From Oscillospiraceae bacterium (GTDB lineage: Bacteria; Bacillota; Clostridia; Oscillospirales; CAG-272): DNA of 64,000 nucleotides. Below are positions 17,881-27,731 of this stretch, one piece after another. The stretch lies in assembly GCA_015064255.1 (NCBI GenBank), contig SVSP01000001.1, forward strand, positions 203,951-267,950. The letters run 5' to 3'. Position 1 is the first letter of the stretch; every line of letters starts with the position of its first letter. The translations under genes and the position numbers were made by a program. The notes beneath the pieces were generated by a model. It saw only the letters and a list, made by a program, of their open reading frames with translations. It was not told the DNA's origin and ran no database searches.

Positions 17881-19140
17881 TTGCTCGCAGGACTTCTTAT
17901 GTCACGTCCCGCGAAGCTTTTGAGGCTTCCAGCCGTAACCGCATACCTTATTGCAGGTATATTTATCGGACCGTTCTGCCTTGGTCTTCTCGGAATTGAA
18001 GGCATAGGATTTTCTTCGATAGAAGAGGTTGCAGGTCTTAAAATTATTTCGGACGTTGCACTTGGATTTATTGCTTTCTCAATAGGTAACGAATTCAGAC
18101 TTTCGCAGCTTAAAAAGACGGGAAGGCAGGCAACGATAATAGGAATACTTCAGGCTGTTGTTACTACACTTCTTGTAGATGCAGTTCTTGTTACATTCGC
18201 AATTACAACAGGTAAGATATCGGTTTCTGTTGCGATCGTTCTCGGTGCGATAGCTTCGGCAACTGCACCCGCGGCTACTCTTATGGTAGTAAAGCAGTAT
18301 AAGGCTAAGGGACCGCTTACAGACATTCTTCTTCCGGTAGTTGCACTTGACGACGCTGTCGGTCTTGTTATTTTTGCAGTTTCATTCGGTGTTGCAAAGG
18401 CACTTTCTGTCGGCGGAGATATAAGCATAGCATCGGTTGTACTTAATCCGCTTATAGAAATAACAGCATCTCTCCTTCTCGGATTTATTATGGGTGCAAT
18501 ATTTAACTTTACCGAAAAATTCTTCGAGTCGAACAGTAAGCGTCTTTCGATTTCAATAACCTTCGTTCTTCTTACAGTTGCACTTTCGATGCTCGATATT
18601 CCTCTCGGCGGCGGAATTCATATCAGTTTCTCTTCGCTTCTTGTATGTATGATGCTCGGAACGGTATTTTGCAATCTCTGCGATTTTTCCGAGGAGCTTA
18701 TGGAAAGAGCAGACAGATGGACAGCGCCTCTCTTTATTCTCTTCTTCGTGCTCAGCGGTGCGGAGCTTGATTTCTCTGTTTTCGGAAGCATATACGTAAT
18801 TATCGTCGGCGTTCTCTACATTCTCTCACGTTCTGCGGGTAAGTATTTCGGTGCGTACGGAAGTGCACTTATTTCGGGAACAACACCTACAATAAAGAAA
18901 TATCTCGGTGTAACCCTTCTTCCTCAGGCGGGAGTTGCACTTGGTATGTCACTTCAGGCAGAGCAGGTACTCGGCAGTGACGGTCTTCTTATAAGAAATA
19001 TTATACTCTTCTCGGTTCTTATATACGAGATTATCGGACCGACACTCACAAAGATCGCACTCACCAAAGCGGGCGACATTACCCCCGGTGCAGTCAGTGC
19101 ACGTGTACATAACGACGAAAAGAAAAAGCATAAGGCATAA
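17881..19140 (+). CDS. Cation:proton antiporter (CPA2/Kef-like membrane domain)
   Basis: Polytopic, with 'LPAVTAYLIAGIFIGP' typical of TM1-2. The frame stays open upstream to 17836 and encodes helix-like 'NTILSIAVA'. The true start may be the ACG at 17851, 8 nt after GAGG. Confidence 0.75.
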   Translation: MLAGLLMSRPAKLLRLPAVTAYLIAGIFIGPFCLGLLGIEGIGFSSIEEVAGLKIISDVALGFIAFSIGNEFRLSQLKKTGRQATIIGILQAVVTTLLVDAVLVTFAITTGKISVSVAIVLGAIASATAPAATLMVVKQYKAKGPLTDILLPVVALDDAVGLVIFAVSFGVAKALSVGGDISIASVVLNPLIEITASLLLGFIMGAIFNFTEKFFESNSKRLSISITFVLLTVALSMLDIPLGGGIHISFSSLLVCMMLGTVFCNLCDFSEELMERADRWTAPLFILFFVLSGAELDFSVFGSIYVIIVGVLYILSRSAGKYFGAYGSALISGTTPTIKKYLGVTLLPQAGVALGMSLQAEQVLGSDGLLIRNIILFSVLIYEIIGPTLTKIALTKAGDITPGAVSARVHNDEKKKHKA

Positions 19141-19157
19141 ATTTATTGACGTTTAAA

Positions 19158-19187
19158 TAATCGGCAGAGAAATTTCTCTGCCGATTA
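19158..19187. terminator. Bidirectional terminator
   Basis: AATCGGCAGAGAAATTTCTCTGCCGATT is a perfect palindrome flanked by A/T runs. Confidence 0.75.
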
Positions 19188-19249
19188 TTTTATATGGTAT
19201 AAAAAAGTCATCACACCTGTTTTGCAACCGTTTGTGATGACTTTTGGTT

Positions 19250-20692
19250 TTAAATTTTGATACCGATCCATTTTCCTGTTGCAAACCGTGCAAGAGAAAA
19301 TATCATTCGGGCGATTATATCGGCATACATTCCGAGCCATGCTCCGTAAACACCCATATCTAAAACGTAGATACATATAGCAGCAATAGCAGGTCGTACA
19401 ACTGCGATGGTTACCATAGTAACGGAGGAAACAAATTTTGTGTCACCCGCACCGCGTAAACTACCCATTCCTACAACTGCGCACATCTGGAATGGTTGGA
19501 AGAATGCAACCCAAAGCATAATTATCGCACACATTGATATTACCGCGGGGTCACTTTTTGATGTAAAGAGCGATATAAACTGGTATCGGAATATTATCGT
19601 TACCGTTACAAGGGCAAATGACGCAGCCAAAGCGACACGCTGTGCGGCTTTTCCGTACAGCATAGACAGATCGGGACGTTTTCGACCTAAATTCTGACCT
19701 ACAAGACTGGTAGCTGCTATTGAAAAACCTTCGGACACAGTCCACGTCAGATTCAGCATTTGCATACAGATATTGTGTGCCGCCATAGTGTGAGTACCGA
19801 GATGTGCTATCATTTTTGCGGAAAGGAAGAAACCTATTCGCATAGCCATCTGCTCAATAATAGCATTTCCGCCAACTTTTGTTACGGCGTGTATGATTTC
19901 TTTGTTGGGAATCCAAGTCTTGCGGAATGATATTCTGAGATAGGATTTAGGCAACTGCACAGAAATTATAATACCTATTGCGGAAACGCAGACTCCGATT
20001 GCAGAGGCTATTGCCGCACCTGCAACACCCATAGCGGGCATACCCAAGTTTCCGTGGATAAGAAGCCAGTTCATAAAGACGTTGACAAGGTTGCCGACGA
20101 TGTTGACGTACATTACAACAGCAGTGTTACCAATGCCTCGTTGTGATGCACTTAGTACCATAAGTAATACTTGTACCGGAGTTACAGCTATGAAAATACG
20201 AAAATATGTACAAGATAGCGATAAAGTGTCTTCGTTGGCACCGGCGAATATCATAAGCGGTTCTGAAATGACTTCCGCAAGAACGGTTACACCTATCGAC
20301 GCAAGTACCATAATCCAAAGAATAGAACGAAGTGTGTGCTGTGCATCCTCTTGCCTGCCTTCGCCCTTTCGTCGAGCAAGCGTAGCAGTAATACCTACGT
20401 TTAGCGCCATAAAGATGCTCAGTACAAGCATACGCGGCTGTGCAACCAATGAAACCGCGGCAATAGCGGCATCACCAAGTCCCGAAACCATTTGAGTATC
20501 GACCATACCGATAAGGCTGGTAAGTACAAGCTCTGCGACAGACGGTGCTGCGATTTTAAAAAGTCTGCCGTACGTTTGCTTTGAGCTTGGAAGTTCTCCC
20601 TGCACGAAGTTTGCGGGAAGCATAGTGGAAACCGCAAAAGGGTTACGCACGTTTATCATCTTCTTTCTTGTGTTTTGCATCTGTTCACACAA
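19250..20692 (-). CDS. MATE-family efflux transporter
   Basis: 480 aa, 12-TM-like, with typical MATE N-terminus 'LFKIAAPSVAELVLTSLIGMVDTQMV'. Confidence 0.8.
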   Translation of the reverse strand: MCEQMQNTRKKMINVRNPFAVSTMLPANFVQGELPSSKQTYGRLFKIAAPSVAELVLTSLIGMVDTQMVSGLGDAAIAAVSLVAQPRMLVLSIFMALNVGITATLARRKGEGRQEDAQHTLRSILWIMVLASIGVTVLAEVISEPLMIFAGANEDTLSLSCTYFRIFIAVTPVQVLLMVLSASQRGIGNTAVVMYVNIVGNLVNVFMNWLLIHGNLGMPAMGVAGAAIASAIGVCVSAIGIIISVQLPKSYLRISFRKTWIPNKEIIHAVTKVGGNAIIEQMAMRIGFFLSAKMIAHLGTHTMAAHNICMQMLNLTWTVSEGFSIAATSLVGQNLGRKRPDLSMLYGKAAQRVALAASFALVTVTIIFRYQFISLFTSKSDPAVISMCAIIMLWVAFFQPFQMCAVVGMGSLRGAGDTKFVSSVTMVTIAVVRPAIAAICIYVLDMGVYGAWLGMYADIIARMIFSLARFATGKWIGIKI

Positions 20693-20923
20693 AAAATATT
20701 ATATCAAATATACGAAAAAATGGCAAGTGTTTTCTTCGAGTTCATAAAAATTTAAAATGTAGATCGGTATTTTATATAGGGCTTGAAAATAATTTGATGG
20801 AGAGTAGTGTGAAAAAAAGGTCAGAAAAGCAGACTTCTCATAAGGACGTTTGCACCTGATTGTAGGGATAGGCGTTCTCGACTGCCTGTAAATGCATAAT
20901 TGTAAGGCAGAAAACAAAGAGAT

Positions 20924-20956
20924 AACCCCGACAGATTTTTGAGTTCTGTCGGGGTT
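20924..20956 (-). terminator. Hairpin downstream of the gpsA-like gene
   Basis: AACCCCGACAGA-tttttgagt-TCTGTCGGGGTT. Confidence 0.55.
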
Positions 20957-21006
20957 GTCTTTGCTCGGCAAACTTTTCTCCTTTTTCAGAAAATTTTTTG
21001 AGGGTT

Positions 21007-21038
21007 TTTAGGGAACTTTTTTTAAAAAGTTCCCTAAA
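21007..21038. repeat. 15-bp-stem palindrome related to the 6.5-kb TTAAGAA-type hairpins
   Basis: TTTAGGGAACTTTTT-tt-AAAAAGTTCCCTAAA, immediately 3' of the minus-strand gene ending at 21043. Confidence 0.7.
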
Positions 21039-21042
21039 CCAA

Positions 21043-22089
21043 TTATTTCTCAAAAGTAAAGGCGTCCCAAGGGATATTTACGGGGAGCTTGTCGGTGAGT
21101 ATCTCGTCGATGTGGAGAAGGAGAGGGAAGTTTTCGGCAGAAAGTGTGCCGTCCTCAATGCGCTTCTTTACAGCTCTTGCAACGCGAACAGCCACTACAA
21201 GAGATTCGAGTGTAACGCCGTTTAGCTCTGCTTTTGCCTCGTCGATGTTAAGACCGCGTCCGAGAAGTATTCCGACAAGACGGGTGCGTCCGCCGTAAAC
21301 GGTTACGTAAAGATCGCCCGCACCGACGGCAAGATTGTCAAGCGTTGCCGTGCCTTGATATTCGAGCAGACGGTACATTTCCTTTACACTCTGACCGAAA
21401 ACTGCAGCTTGCGAGTTGAAATGAAGCTCGCTGTCAAGTCCGAAGGCTTTCTGGTTAAGACCTATTGTGAGCGCAATTCCGAGCGCGTAGCCGTTTTTGA
21501 GTGCGACGGCACTCTCTATACCAACAACGTCGGTAGAAAGGCTTACGTGGTAATAATCGGTCGCCATAATGGCTTTGAGCTTCTTAAGTACTTCTATGTC
21601 TTCTCCGCAGAAAGCTACCTCGCTTTGGTCGTGAGCTACAAGCTCGTAGCTTGTGCAAGGACCGCCGATTGCATTGATCGAGCGATCGATTCCTTTTTCC
21701 TTGAGTCTTGCCTTCCAAAGGTCGGGATAAGTTATAAGACGTCCGTCGGGAGTATCCCAAAGCCCTTTGGTTACAGAAAGTACGGGGATATCAAGCGGAA
21801 TTTTGGGAAGAACGTAGTCGCCAAACCAATCAACTCCGAAGCTGCTTACCCCGCCGATTATCATATCAGCACCGTTGATCGCGCTTTCCATATCTTCAAC
21901 CTGATAATATTTTATTCCTTCGGGGAAATCACGGGTGAATTTTGGGTGGCGGTTTGTTTTTTTGCAGGTATCAATGATCTCTCTGTCGAGAGGAGTGCCT
22001 ACGAGTCTTACCTCGTTTCCGTTTTCTCTTGCAGGAAATGCGAGAGCAGAACCCATCATACCCGAGCCTATAATAGTAACTGTTGCCAT
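21043..22089 (-). CDS. NAD(P)-dependent glycerol-3-phosphate dehydrogenase (GpsA)-family protein
   Basis: Rossmann 'IIGSGMMGSALA' and C-terminal 'DVVGIESAVALKNGYALGIAL'. Start moved to ATG 22089 (RBS GGAGGC); the 39 upstream codons of the listed ORF look like AT-rich non-coding sequence. Confidence 0.6.
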   Translation of the reverse strand: MATVTIIGSGMMGSALAFPARENGNEVRLVGTPLDREIIDTCKKTNRHPKFTRDFPEGIKYYQVEDMESAINGADMIIGGVSSFGVDWFGDYVLPKIPLDIPVLSVTKGLWDTPDGRLITYPDLWKARLKEKGIDRSINAIGGPCTSYELVAHDQSEVAFCGEDIEVLKKLKAIMATDYYHVSLSTDVVGIESAVALKNGYALGIALTIGLNQKAFGLDSELHFNSQAAVFGQSVKEMYRLLEYQGTATLDNLAVGAGDLYVTVYGGRTRLVGILLGRGLNIDEAKAELNGVTLESLVVAVRVARAVKKRIEDGTLSAENFPLLLHIDEILTDKLPVNIPWDAFTFEK

Positions 22090-22343
22090 ATTAGCCTCCA
22101 AATAGTAAATTATAAAATAAAATTCAGCAAATTGTTGAAAAAGTTTGAAAAACACGGTATAATGATAAACATAAAATGTATTTTGCATAAACCGTAGATT
22201 TTTCATAATATTTCACACTTGCTATTATATTACTTAGCGCTTCACTTGTCAAGCACCTGTGTTTATTTTGAAAGATTTCCGATTTTTACAGCAAACTTTT
22301 TCAAACTTTTTCACAAATTTGCAACTATACGGAGGGTATGCCT

Positions 22344-23057
22344 GTGATAAGCTTCGAAAGAAAACAAAACGTTCTGAAATACATAGAAGAAAAGCAGAGT
22401 GCAACGGTAAAGGAGCTTGCTTACGCTCTTTGCACAAGCGAGGCATCGGTGAGGCGCGATATCGAGCTATTGGAGCGCGAAGGCTTTGTCAAAAAGGTGT
22501 ACGGCGGAGTGATACTCGCAAGCAGAATAAATGACATAGTTCCGATATCACTGCGCGACAGCGAAAATGCGTCAGCGAAGGAACAGATAGCGCGAAAAGC
22601 TTCGGAGCTTATCGGCGACGACGCTACGATCATACTCGATGCATCATCTACGGCGCGCCGAATAGTAAAATATATAGAAAACCGCCGTAACTTGAGGATA
22701 TTCACGAATAACCTTAAAATTTTCAACGAGCTTGCTAACTGCAAAGCAAAGATATATTGCACAGGCGGAGCTTTTAACGTGAAGAATAGTGCCTTTGTCG
22801 GTCCTATGGCTGAGGAATTTTTGCGCTCTGTTTCGGCGGATATGCTTTTCTTTTCAAGTCAAGGAATAAGTGATGAGGGCGAAATCTCGGACGTTTCTGA
22901 GGAAGAAACGTCGATACGTAAGGTAATGCTTTCGCGTGCAAAATACAAAGTCTTTCTCTGTGACTCGTCAAAGGTTGGCATTCAACGCCCGTTTACCCTG
23001 TGCACAAAGGATGATGTGGATAAGATCATATCGGACACCAAGCTTCCGTGGGAGTAA
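22344..23057 (+). CDS. DeoR/GlpR-family transcriptional regulator
   Basis: HTH 'ATVKELAYALCTSEASVRRDIELLEREG' plus a sugar-phosphate-binding C-domain. GTG 22344 sits 8 nt after GGAGG, whereas ATG 22338 is only 2 nt away. Confidence 0.8.
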   Translation: MISFERKQNVLKYIEEKQSATVKELAYALCTSEASVRRDIELLEREGFVKKVYGGVILASRINDIVPISLRDSENASAKEQIARKASELIGDDATIILDASSTARRIVKYIENRRNLRIFTNNLKIFNELANCKAKIYCTGGAFNVKNSAFVGPMAEEFLRSVSADMLFFSSQGISDEGEISDVSEEETSIRKVMLSRAKYKVFLCDSSKVGIQRPFTLCTKDDVDKIISDTKLPWE

Positions 23058-23077
23058 AGTGCAGTAAATAAATTTAA

Positions 23078-23104
23078 AGCTCCCGACATAATCTGTCGGG
23101 AGCT
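23078..23104. terminator. Hairpin between convergent genes
   Basis: AGCTCCCGACA-taatc-TGTCGGGAGCT. Confidence 0.7.
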
Positions 23105-23119
23105 CAATATTTTGGATAG

Positions 23120-24196
23120 TTATTTCAGCTTTTTGTCTGCGAAGCGGATGTAAGCATTCCAGTCTGTACGGCTGAGGAAGTGCGCACCTGCGCGGAGATG
23201 GTAAGCGATGTTACCGCCGTCAAGGTTGGAACCAAGCTCTGGAAGAGGAGCATCCTCGGGATAAATAAGACCGTGAATACCGAGACGCTCATAAATCTTG
23301 CTTGCGGCACGGCAGCATTCAAGCTCGGATGCGGGATAAGCCCAAAGGTCTTCGTCTGCGCTTCCGACAGCAACGGGACGCGGTGCGATAGCGCCTACGA
23401 GGAAGTGCTGGTCGCAGGGAAGTGCCTCTTCGTTGTCTATGTACTTGGAATAGTTCTTGCAGAACCAGAAGGGGAATCTGTTATAGATTATGTTAATGTT
23501 TTCAGCCTTGTCAAACTGAGCGTTCATTCTGGAGAGTGCGTCACCGGAGCATCCTGCGTTGTTCGAGCAAGCCATAGCAAAACGGGAATCCTGTGCAACA
23601 GTCCAAAGGGCTGTCTTTCCGAGACGGGAGTGTCCGATAACGATTACCTTTTCCTTGTCGATCTCGTCGAGTGTTTCAAGATAGTCCATAACTCGGCTGA
23701 GAGCGAAAGCCCACATAGATATCTTGCCCCAACCGTTGTCGGGACGGTTTTCAGCAGAGTACATACCTGCAAGACCGTTTGTCATATCGTTGTTGTCAGA
23801 AGTAATGTCCTGATAATAAACGCGGGCACAAGCATAACCTGCGTCAACAACTTCTTCCTGAGGATAATATTTGTCGGGAAGATTAGGACTGAAGTTTATC
23901 AGAAGAAATACAGCGGGTTTTTCAACGTGCTTCGGTATAGTAAGTACAACGGGGAAGGTGAAAACTCCGCCGGGTGTGTCAAAAGAGATGTTTACGCTTC
24001 TCTGAATAGCCTTGTTTGCAAGAACGCTTTCTTCGGAAACCACCTGTGCAGTAACCTTGTCGGGAGCTTTCGGAGAAAATCCGTAAACGTTTTCGCGGAG
24101 AATATCGAGTATTTCCTGTCTGCGGTTTTCCCACGCATCAAGAGAAACAGGACCGTTTCCTTCATATATTTCGGGGAGTTTAAAATTTACAGCCAT
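23120..24196 (-). CDS. CE15-like glucuronoyl esterase (alpha/beta hydrolase)
   Basis: 'IGHSRLGKTALW' resembles the G-x-S-R-x-G nucleophile motif of CE15. No signal peptide. Start at ATG 24196 (RBS AAAGGA). Confidence 0.55.
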   Translation of the reverse strand: MAVNFKLPEIYEGNGPVSLDAWENRRQEILDILRENVYGFSPKAPDKVTAQVVSEESVLANKAIQRSVNISFDTPGGVFTFPVVLTIPKHVEKPAVFLLINFSPNLPDKYYPQEEVVDAGYACARVYYQDITSDNNDMTNGLAGMYSAENRPDNGWGKISMWAFALSRVMDYLETLDEIDKEKVIVIGHSRLGKTALWTVAQDSRFAMACSNNAGCSGDALSRMNAQFDKAENINIIYNRFPFWFCKNYSKYIDNEEALPCDQHFLVGAIAPRPVAVGSADEDLWAYPASELECCRAASKIYERLGIHGLIYPEDAPLPELGSNLDGGNIAYHLRAGAHFLSRTDWNAYIRFADKKLK

Positions 24197-24250
24197 AATT
24201 TTTATTCCTTTCAGCTTGTAAGATTTTATTTTACAAGAAGATAATAACAC

Positions 24251-24289
24251 AAAACAGGGCGAAAATCAATAGATTTTGCCCTGTTTTTT
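24251..24289 (-). terminator. Long hairpin between the DUF5107-like gene and the CE15-like gene (terminator/attenuator)
   Basis: AAAACAGGGCGAAAATC-aata-GATTTTGCCCTGTTTT. Confidence 0.6.
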
Positions 24290-24306
24290 CAGTATGTGAA
24301 AATTTA

Positions 24307-27300
24307 TTAAGCGAAAAGTGCCTTGTAAGCGTGAATTTCAAATGCGTAAGGAGATATTTCCTCGGCGAGCGAAATATATTTGTCGGCTTCTTCGCAGTTT
24401 CCGTTTGCACGGAGTGCGAATGCTTTGAGAATATATCCGCTGAGCAGATTGTTCTTCACGATATTGTTTTCAAAAGGCATCGGAGAGGGTGATCCTACTC
24501 CGTAATAGGTACGAAGATCGTTGTTTTTGATGCGGTCGTCGGCAACGGCGATCATTTCTGACGTAACATCGTCTGCTTCATTGTTTCTGCCGAGCTTTCT
24601 GAGTGCAAGCGCGCGGAAAGCGGAAAGCTCGGAAACTGCCGCTTTGTATATGGCAGCTTCTTCAAAAGCTTTAAGCGCATCGTCGTTTCTGCCAAGCTTT
24701 TCAAGCATATTACCAAGATAGAAATAGATGTGTGCCTCCTGATTGAAGAACGTCTTCGCTTCTCCGTAGCTCTTCGGGACGATAGTAGCACGTCTGAAAT
24801 AATCTTCAGCTTCATCCGTACGGCCTGCATTTTCAAGTGTGAGCGCATAGAGAAGGAACATCCAGGAGTGTTGCTTGGTAAGACGTCCCTCACCGCCCTC
24901 GTAAATGTGGAAACGTTTGCTTGCGGCGAGGTCAATCGACTCCTTGTAGCAGCCCTTGAGAGTGAGAAGGATCACTTTGTCAAGATAGCAGTCGTCGCGC
25001 TTTTCAAAGAGCTCGGGATATTTTTCGTAAACGTCAAGACGCTCATCGGGGGTGGCATTTGAGTTTTTGAGCAGCTGTTGATATTCCATAAGCATTCTCG
25101 GCGAAGTCTTTTTGGTATCAAGTGCGGTCTTCATACAGAGTTTTGCTTTTTCAATATCTCCGCGCTTGTCAAAATATGCAAGTGCGAGATTTCTGTAAGC
25201 TTCTGCTTTTTCGGGATTAATAGCAACACATCTTTCCCAAGCTGAAACAGCGTCGTCATAGCGCTCCTTGTGATAGAAAAGACATCCGAGATAATAGCTT
25301 GCGTTGGATGCGTTTTTGTAAGCGGAGATCGCATATTCAAGTACGGTAATGTCGCTGATTCTGTTAGGGAAGCAGTATCCGTGATGGCAGGCTTCTGCTT
25401 TCGTTATTTCGTATATGCTGTCCTTGCCCATAAGCGAAAGCGTATAAGCGCGGTAGTAGGATACGAGAGGATAGTCCTGCGGTGCAAAATCAAGCGAATA
25501 AAGTGCATCCTCGTAAAGTCCTTCCGAAATATAATCACAAGCAATATCTATGATATTTTCTGCTTTTTCGGCGAAATAAGCAATTTTATCGCTCATATTT
25601 TCAAAATGTGAAAGCTCGAAAATTGCACGGAGATCAAGTGTGTCATATAAGCGGAATTCTTCTGCTACAGCCTTTGCTTTGTCGGCTTTGCCGAGCTTGC
25701 GGAGAATGGCAGCCTTAAGTCCGCCTGCGCGGGAATTGTGCTTTCCGAGAGAAAGCACGACCTCTGTTTTTTCAAGAGCATCTGCGTATCTGCCTTCCGC
25801 ACAGTCGAGCGATGCAAGCTCAAAATATGCCGCTGCACGGTGGCTGTAATTCCAACCTGCACGGAAAAGTGTATCGTAAGCCTCGGAGCTTCTGCCGAGT
25901 TCTTTGAGTGCAAGTCCCTTTAAGTAGAACGCTTCTGTGTCGGTAGGGTGCTGATTTCTCGATGTAAGGCGCTCGATAGCTTTGCCTGCATATTCGATGC
26001 ACTTTTCAAATTCACCCTTGCGGTATGAAAGGCGAGCCATAGAAGTGTTGCATCTGATATCACCGGGATCGCGGGCAAGTCCTTCAAGATAGTAATCCTC
26101 GGGTCTGTAATTATGCTGCTTGTACTGCTCGAGATGATAACCGTTGATGTAAAGCTCTTCAACAGTTGCGATCTCACAGGGGCGCGCAACAGGCTTTCTT
26201 ACTTCGATAGGCTGCTTCTGACCTCTTACGTAAGGCGTATATGAAACGAGCGTCTTTCCTTCGCAGGATACAAGCGAAACTGTAATATCGTTTATGTCTG
26301 AATCGCACGCGGAAATAGTTTTTGTATATGCCTTGTCGGGTGTAAGACTTGCATTTTCGCTGTATATTACGCTGTTTTTATCTTTTACGGTGATTGCTGC
26401 GTTTTCAAAACAGCCCGTTACGTTAAATCCGATAAATATTTCGTTGCCGCGCTTTTCAAGATTTACAGCGGCGTCTATCGTAGCATTTTTCACGTCACCG
26501 ATGTCGCGGATAGGATACCAGTACTGCTCAAATTCGCGGCTCTCGTAAGGAGCGAGCCACGTAAAGTCGGGCTGATTGTCGGTATAAACACCTGTCATAA
26601 GCTCGATGTACGGACCGTTTTTGTCGGTGAGGTTGGAGCACCACATATCTCCGAAATCACCGATACCCCAATGCCAGAGCTTCTTACCGGGGGAAATGTG
26701 GTGATCGGCAACAGTAACGATACCTTTGTTTATTCCTTCGTCGTATCCCGCAACGAAGTCCATATCGGACTGTCCTTGCGAAATGAGGAAAGAAGAGGGA
26801 ACCTTTACTGAGTCGTAACGTGAAATATCAGTACCTTCACCGTAATTAAAGGGACGTGCGGTCTTATACAGACCTTTTGCAACAGGCCAAGAGAGTACGG
26901 CGCGTCTGTCGTGGTCGTTTACCCATTCAACGTCGGGCGGGAATATAGTGCGGTAATCTTTGTTTGCAGGTGCGGCAAGGTTTGCCCACCACATAAATGT
27001 CTGAGGAAGATTCGTGCGGTTATATACCTTTATTTTGGCCTTTATGAAGCTTCTACCGGGGCATACCGTGATACCTGCCATACCCTTCATTCTGTTCATA
27101 GGCTCAACCTCGCCTACCCATACGGTCTTGCTTCCGTCGGGTGCTTCCTCGACAGAGGCTTCAAGCGGCATATACGTTGTGGGGCGGTGATGCTGAGGCC
27201 AGTTGAATTCGATTCCACCCGATATCCAAGGACCGGCAAGACCTACAAGTGCGGGCTTTATAACCTCGTTGTAGTAAATGAAATCGTAGCTTCCGACCTT

Positions 27301-27552
27301 GTCGTATCCGCGGAGTATCTTTCCGCCGATCTCGGGAAGTATATCTGTTTTAACGTATTCGTTTTCAAGAGTATAGACGTCGTATTTTACATCCTCGCAG
27401 GTATCGGAAACCGAATCGGAATAGGGAATAGGATAAACCTTTCCGCTTGCACCCTGATAAGGGCGGTTTTCGAAGAACATAGGAAGCTCTTCTGCTTTTC
27501 CGGGAACATACGTGGGTATAATTCTTTTTTCTTTATTAAGTATGACCTTCAT
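24307..27552 (-). CDS. DUF5107-like N-terminal domain fused to a long TPR array (1081 aa)
   Basis: N-terminal ~350 aa contain the conserved 'SGGIEFNWPQHHRP' block shared with the paralog at 39251. The remainder is TPR-like repeats. No signal peptide. Confidence 0.55.
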   Translation of the reverse strand: MKVILNKEKRIIPTYVPGKAEELPMFFENRPYQGASGKVYPIPYSDSVSDTCEDVKYDVYTLENEYVKTDILPEIGGKILRGYDKVGSYDFIYYNEVIKPALVGLAGPWISGGIEFNWPQHHRPTTYMPLEASVEEAPDGSKTVWVGEVEPMNRMKGMAGITVCPGRSFIKAKIKVYNRTNLPQTFMWWANLAAPANKDYRTIFPPDVEWVNDHDRRAVLSWPVAKGLYKTARPFNYGEGTDISRYDSVKVPSSFLISQGQSDMDFVAGYDEGINKGIVTVADHHISPGKKLWHWGIGDFGDMWCSNLTDKNGPYIELMTGVYTDNQPDFTWLAPYESREFEQYWYPIRDIGDVKNATIDAAVNLEKRGNEIFIGFNVTGCFENAAITVKDKNSVIYSENASLTPDKAYTKTISACDSDINDITVSLVSCEGKTLVSYTPYVRGQKQPIEVRKPVARPCEIATVEELYINGYHLEQYKQHNYRPEDYYLEGLARDPGDIRCNTSMARLSYRKGEFEKCIEYAGKAIERLTSRNQHPTDTEAFYLKGLALKELGRSSEAYDTLFRAGWNYSHRAAAYFELASLDCAEGRYADALEKTEVVLSLGKHNSRAGGLKAAILRKLGKADKAKAVAEEFRLYDTLDLRAIFELSHFENMSDKIAYFAEKAENIIDIACDYISEGLYEDALYSLDFAPQDYPLVSYYRAYTLSLMGKDSIYEITKAEACHHGYCFPNRISDITVLEYAISAYKNASNASYYLGCLFYHKERYDDAVSAWERCVAINPEKAEAYRNLALAYFDKRGDIEKAKLCMKTALDTKKTSPRMLMEYQQLLKNSNATPDERLDVYEKYPELFEKRDDCYLDKVILLTLKGCYKESIDLAASKRFHIYEGGEGRLTKQHSWMFLLYALTLENAGRTDEAEDYFRRATIVPKSYGEAKTFFNQEAHIYFYLGNMLEKLGRNDDALKAFEEAAIYKAAVSELSAFRALALRKLGRNNEADDVTSEMIAVADDRIKNNDLRTYYGVGSPSPMPFENNIVKNNLLSGYILKAFALRANGNCEEADKYISLAEEISPYAFEIHAYKALFA

Positions 27553-27731
27553 CTGTTTTCTCCTTAAAAAATTTTAAAGCTACTTTAATTTTATTAAATT
27601 ATCTTTAATATGTCAAGCCAAATAAAAAAAGATAAAATCATAATTTATTTGTACTTTTATTTTGTATATCTCCTTGATTTTGTAAAAAACAAATGATATA
27701 CTGAAAATATAAAGCATTCGGGAGTTTGAAA

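Noticed and set aside
22090-22206. N-terminal extensions in several listed ORFs: 22206 for the gpsA-like gene, 7438 for hydC, 51579 for GH78, 50090 for the membrane protein and 24250 for CE15.
   Set aside because: The extensions are AT-rich, hydrophobic or nonsense-looking sequence with no RBS. Internal ATG or GTG codons have good Shine-Dalgarno spacing and give N-termini typical of the families.
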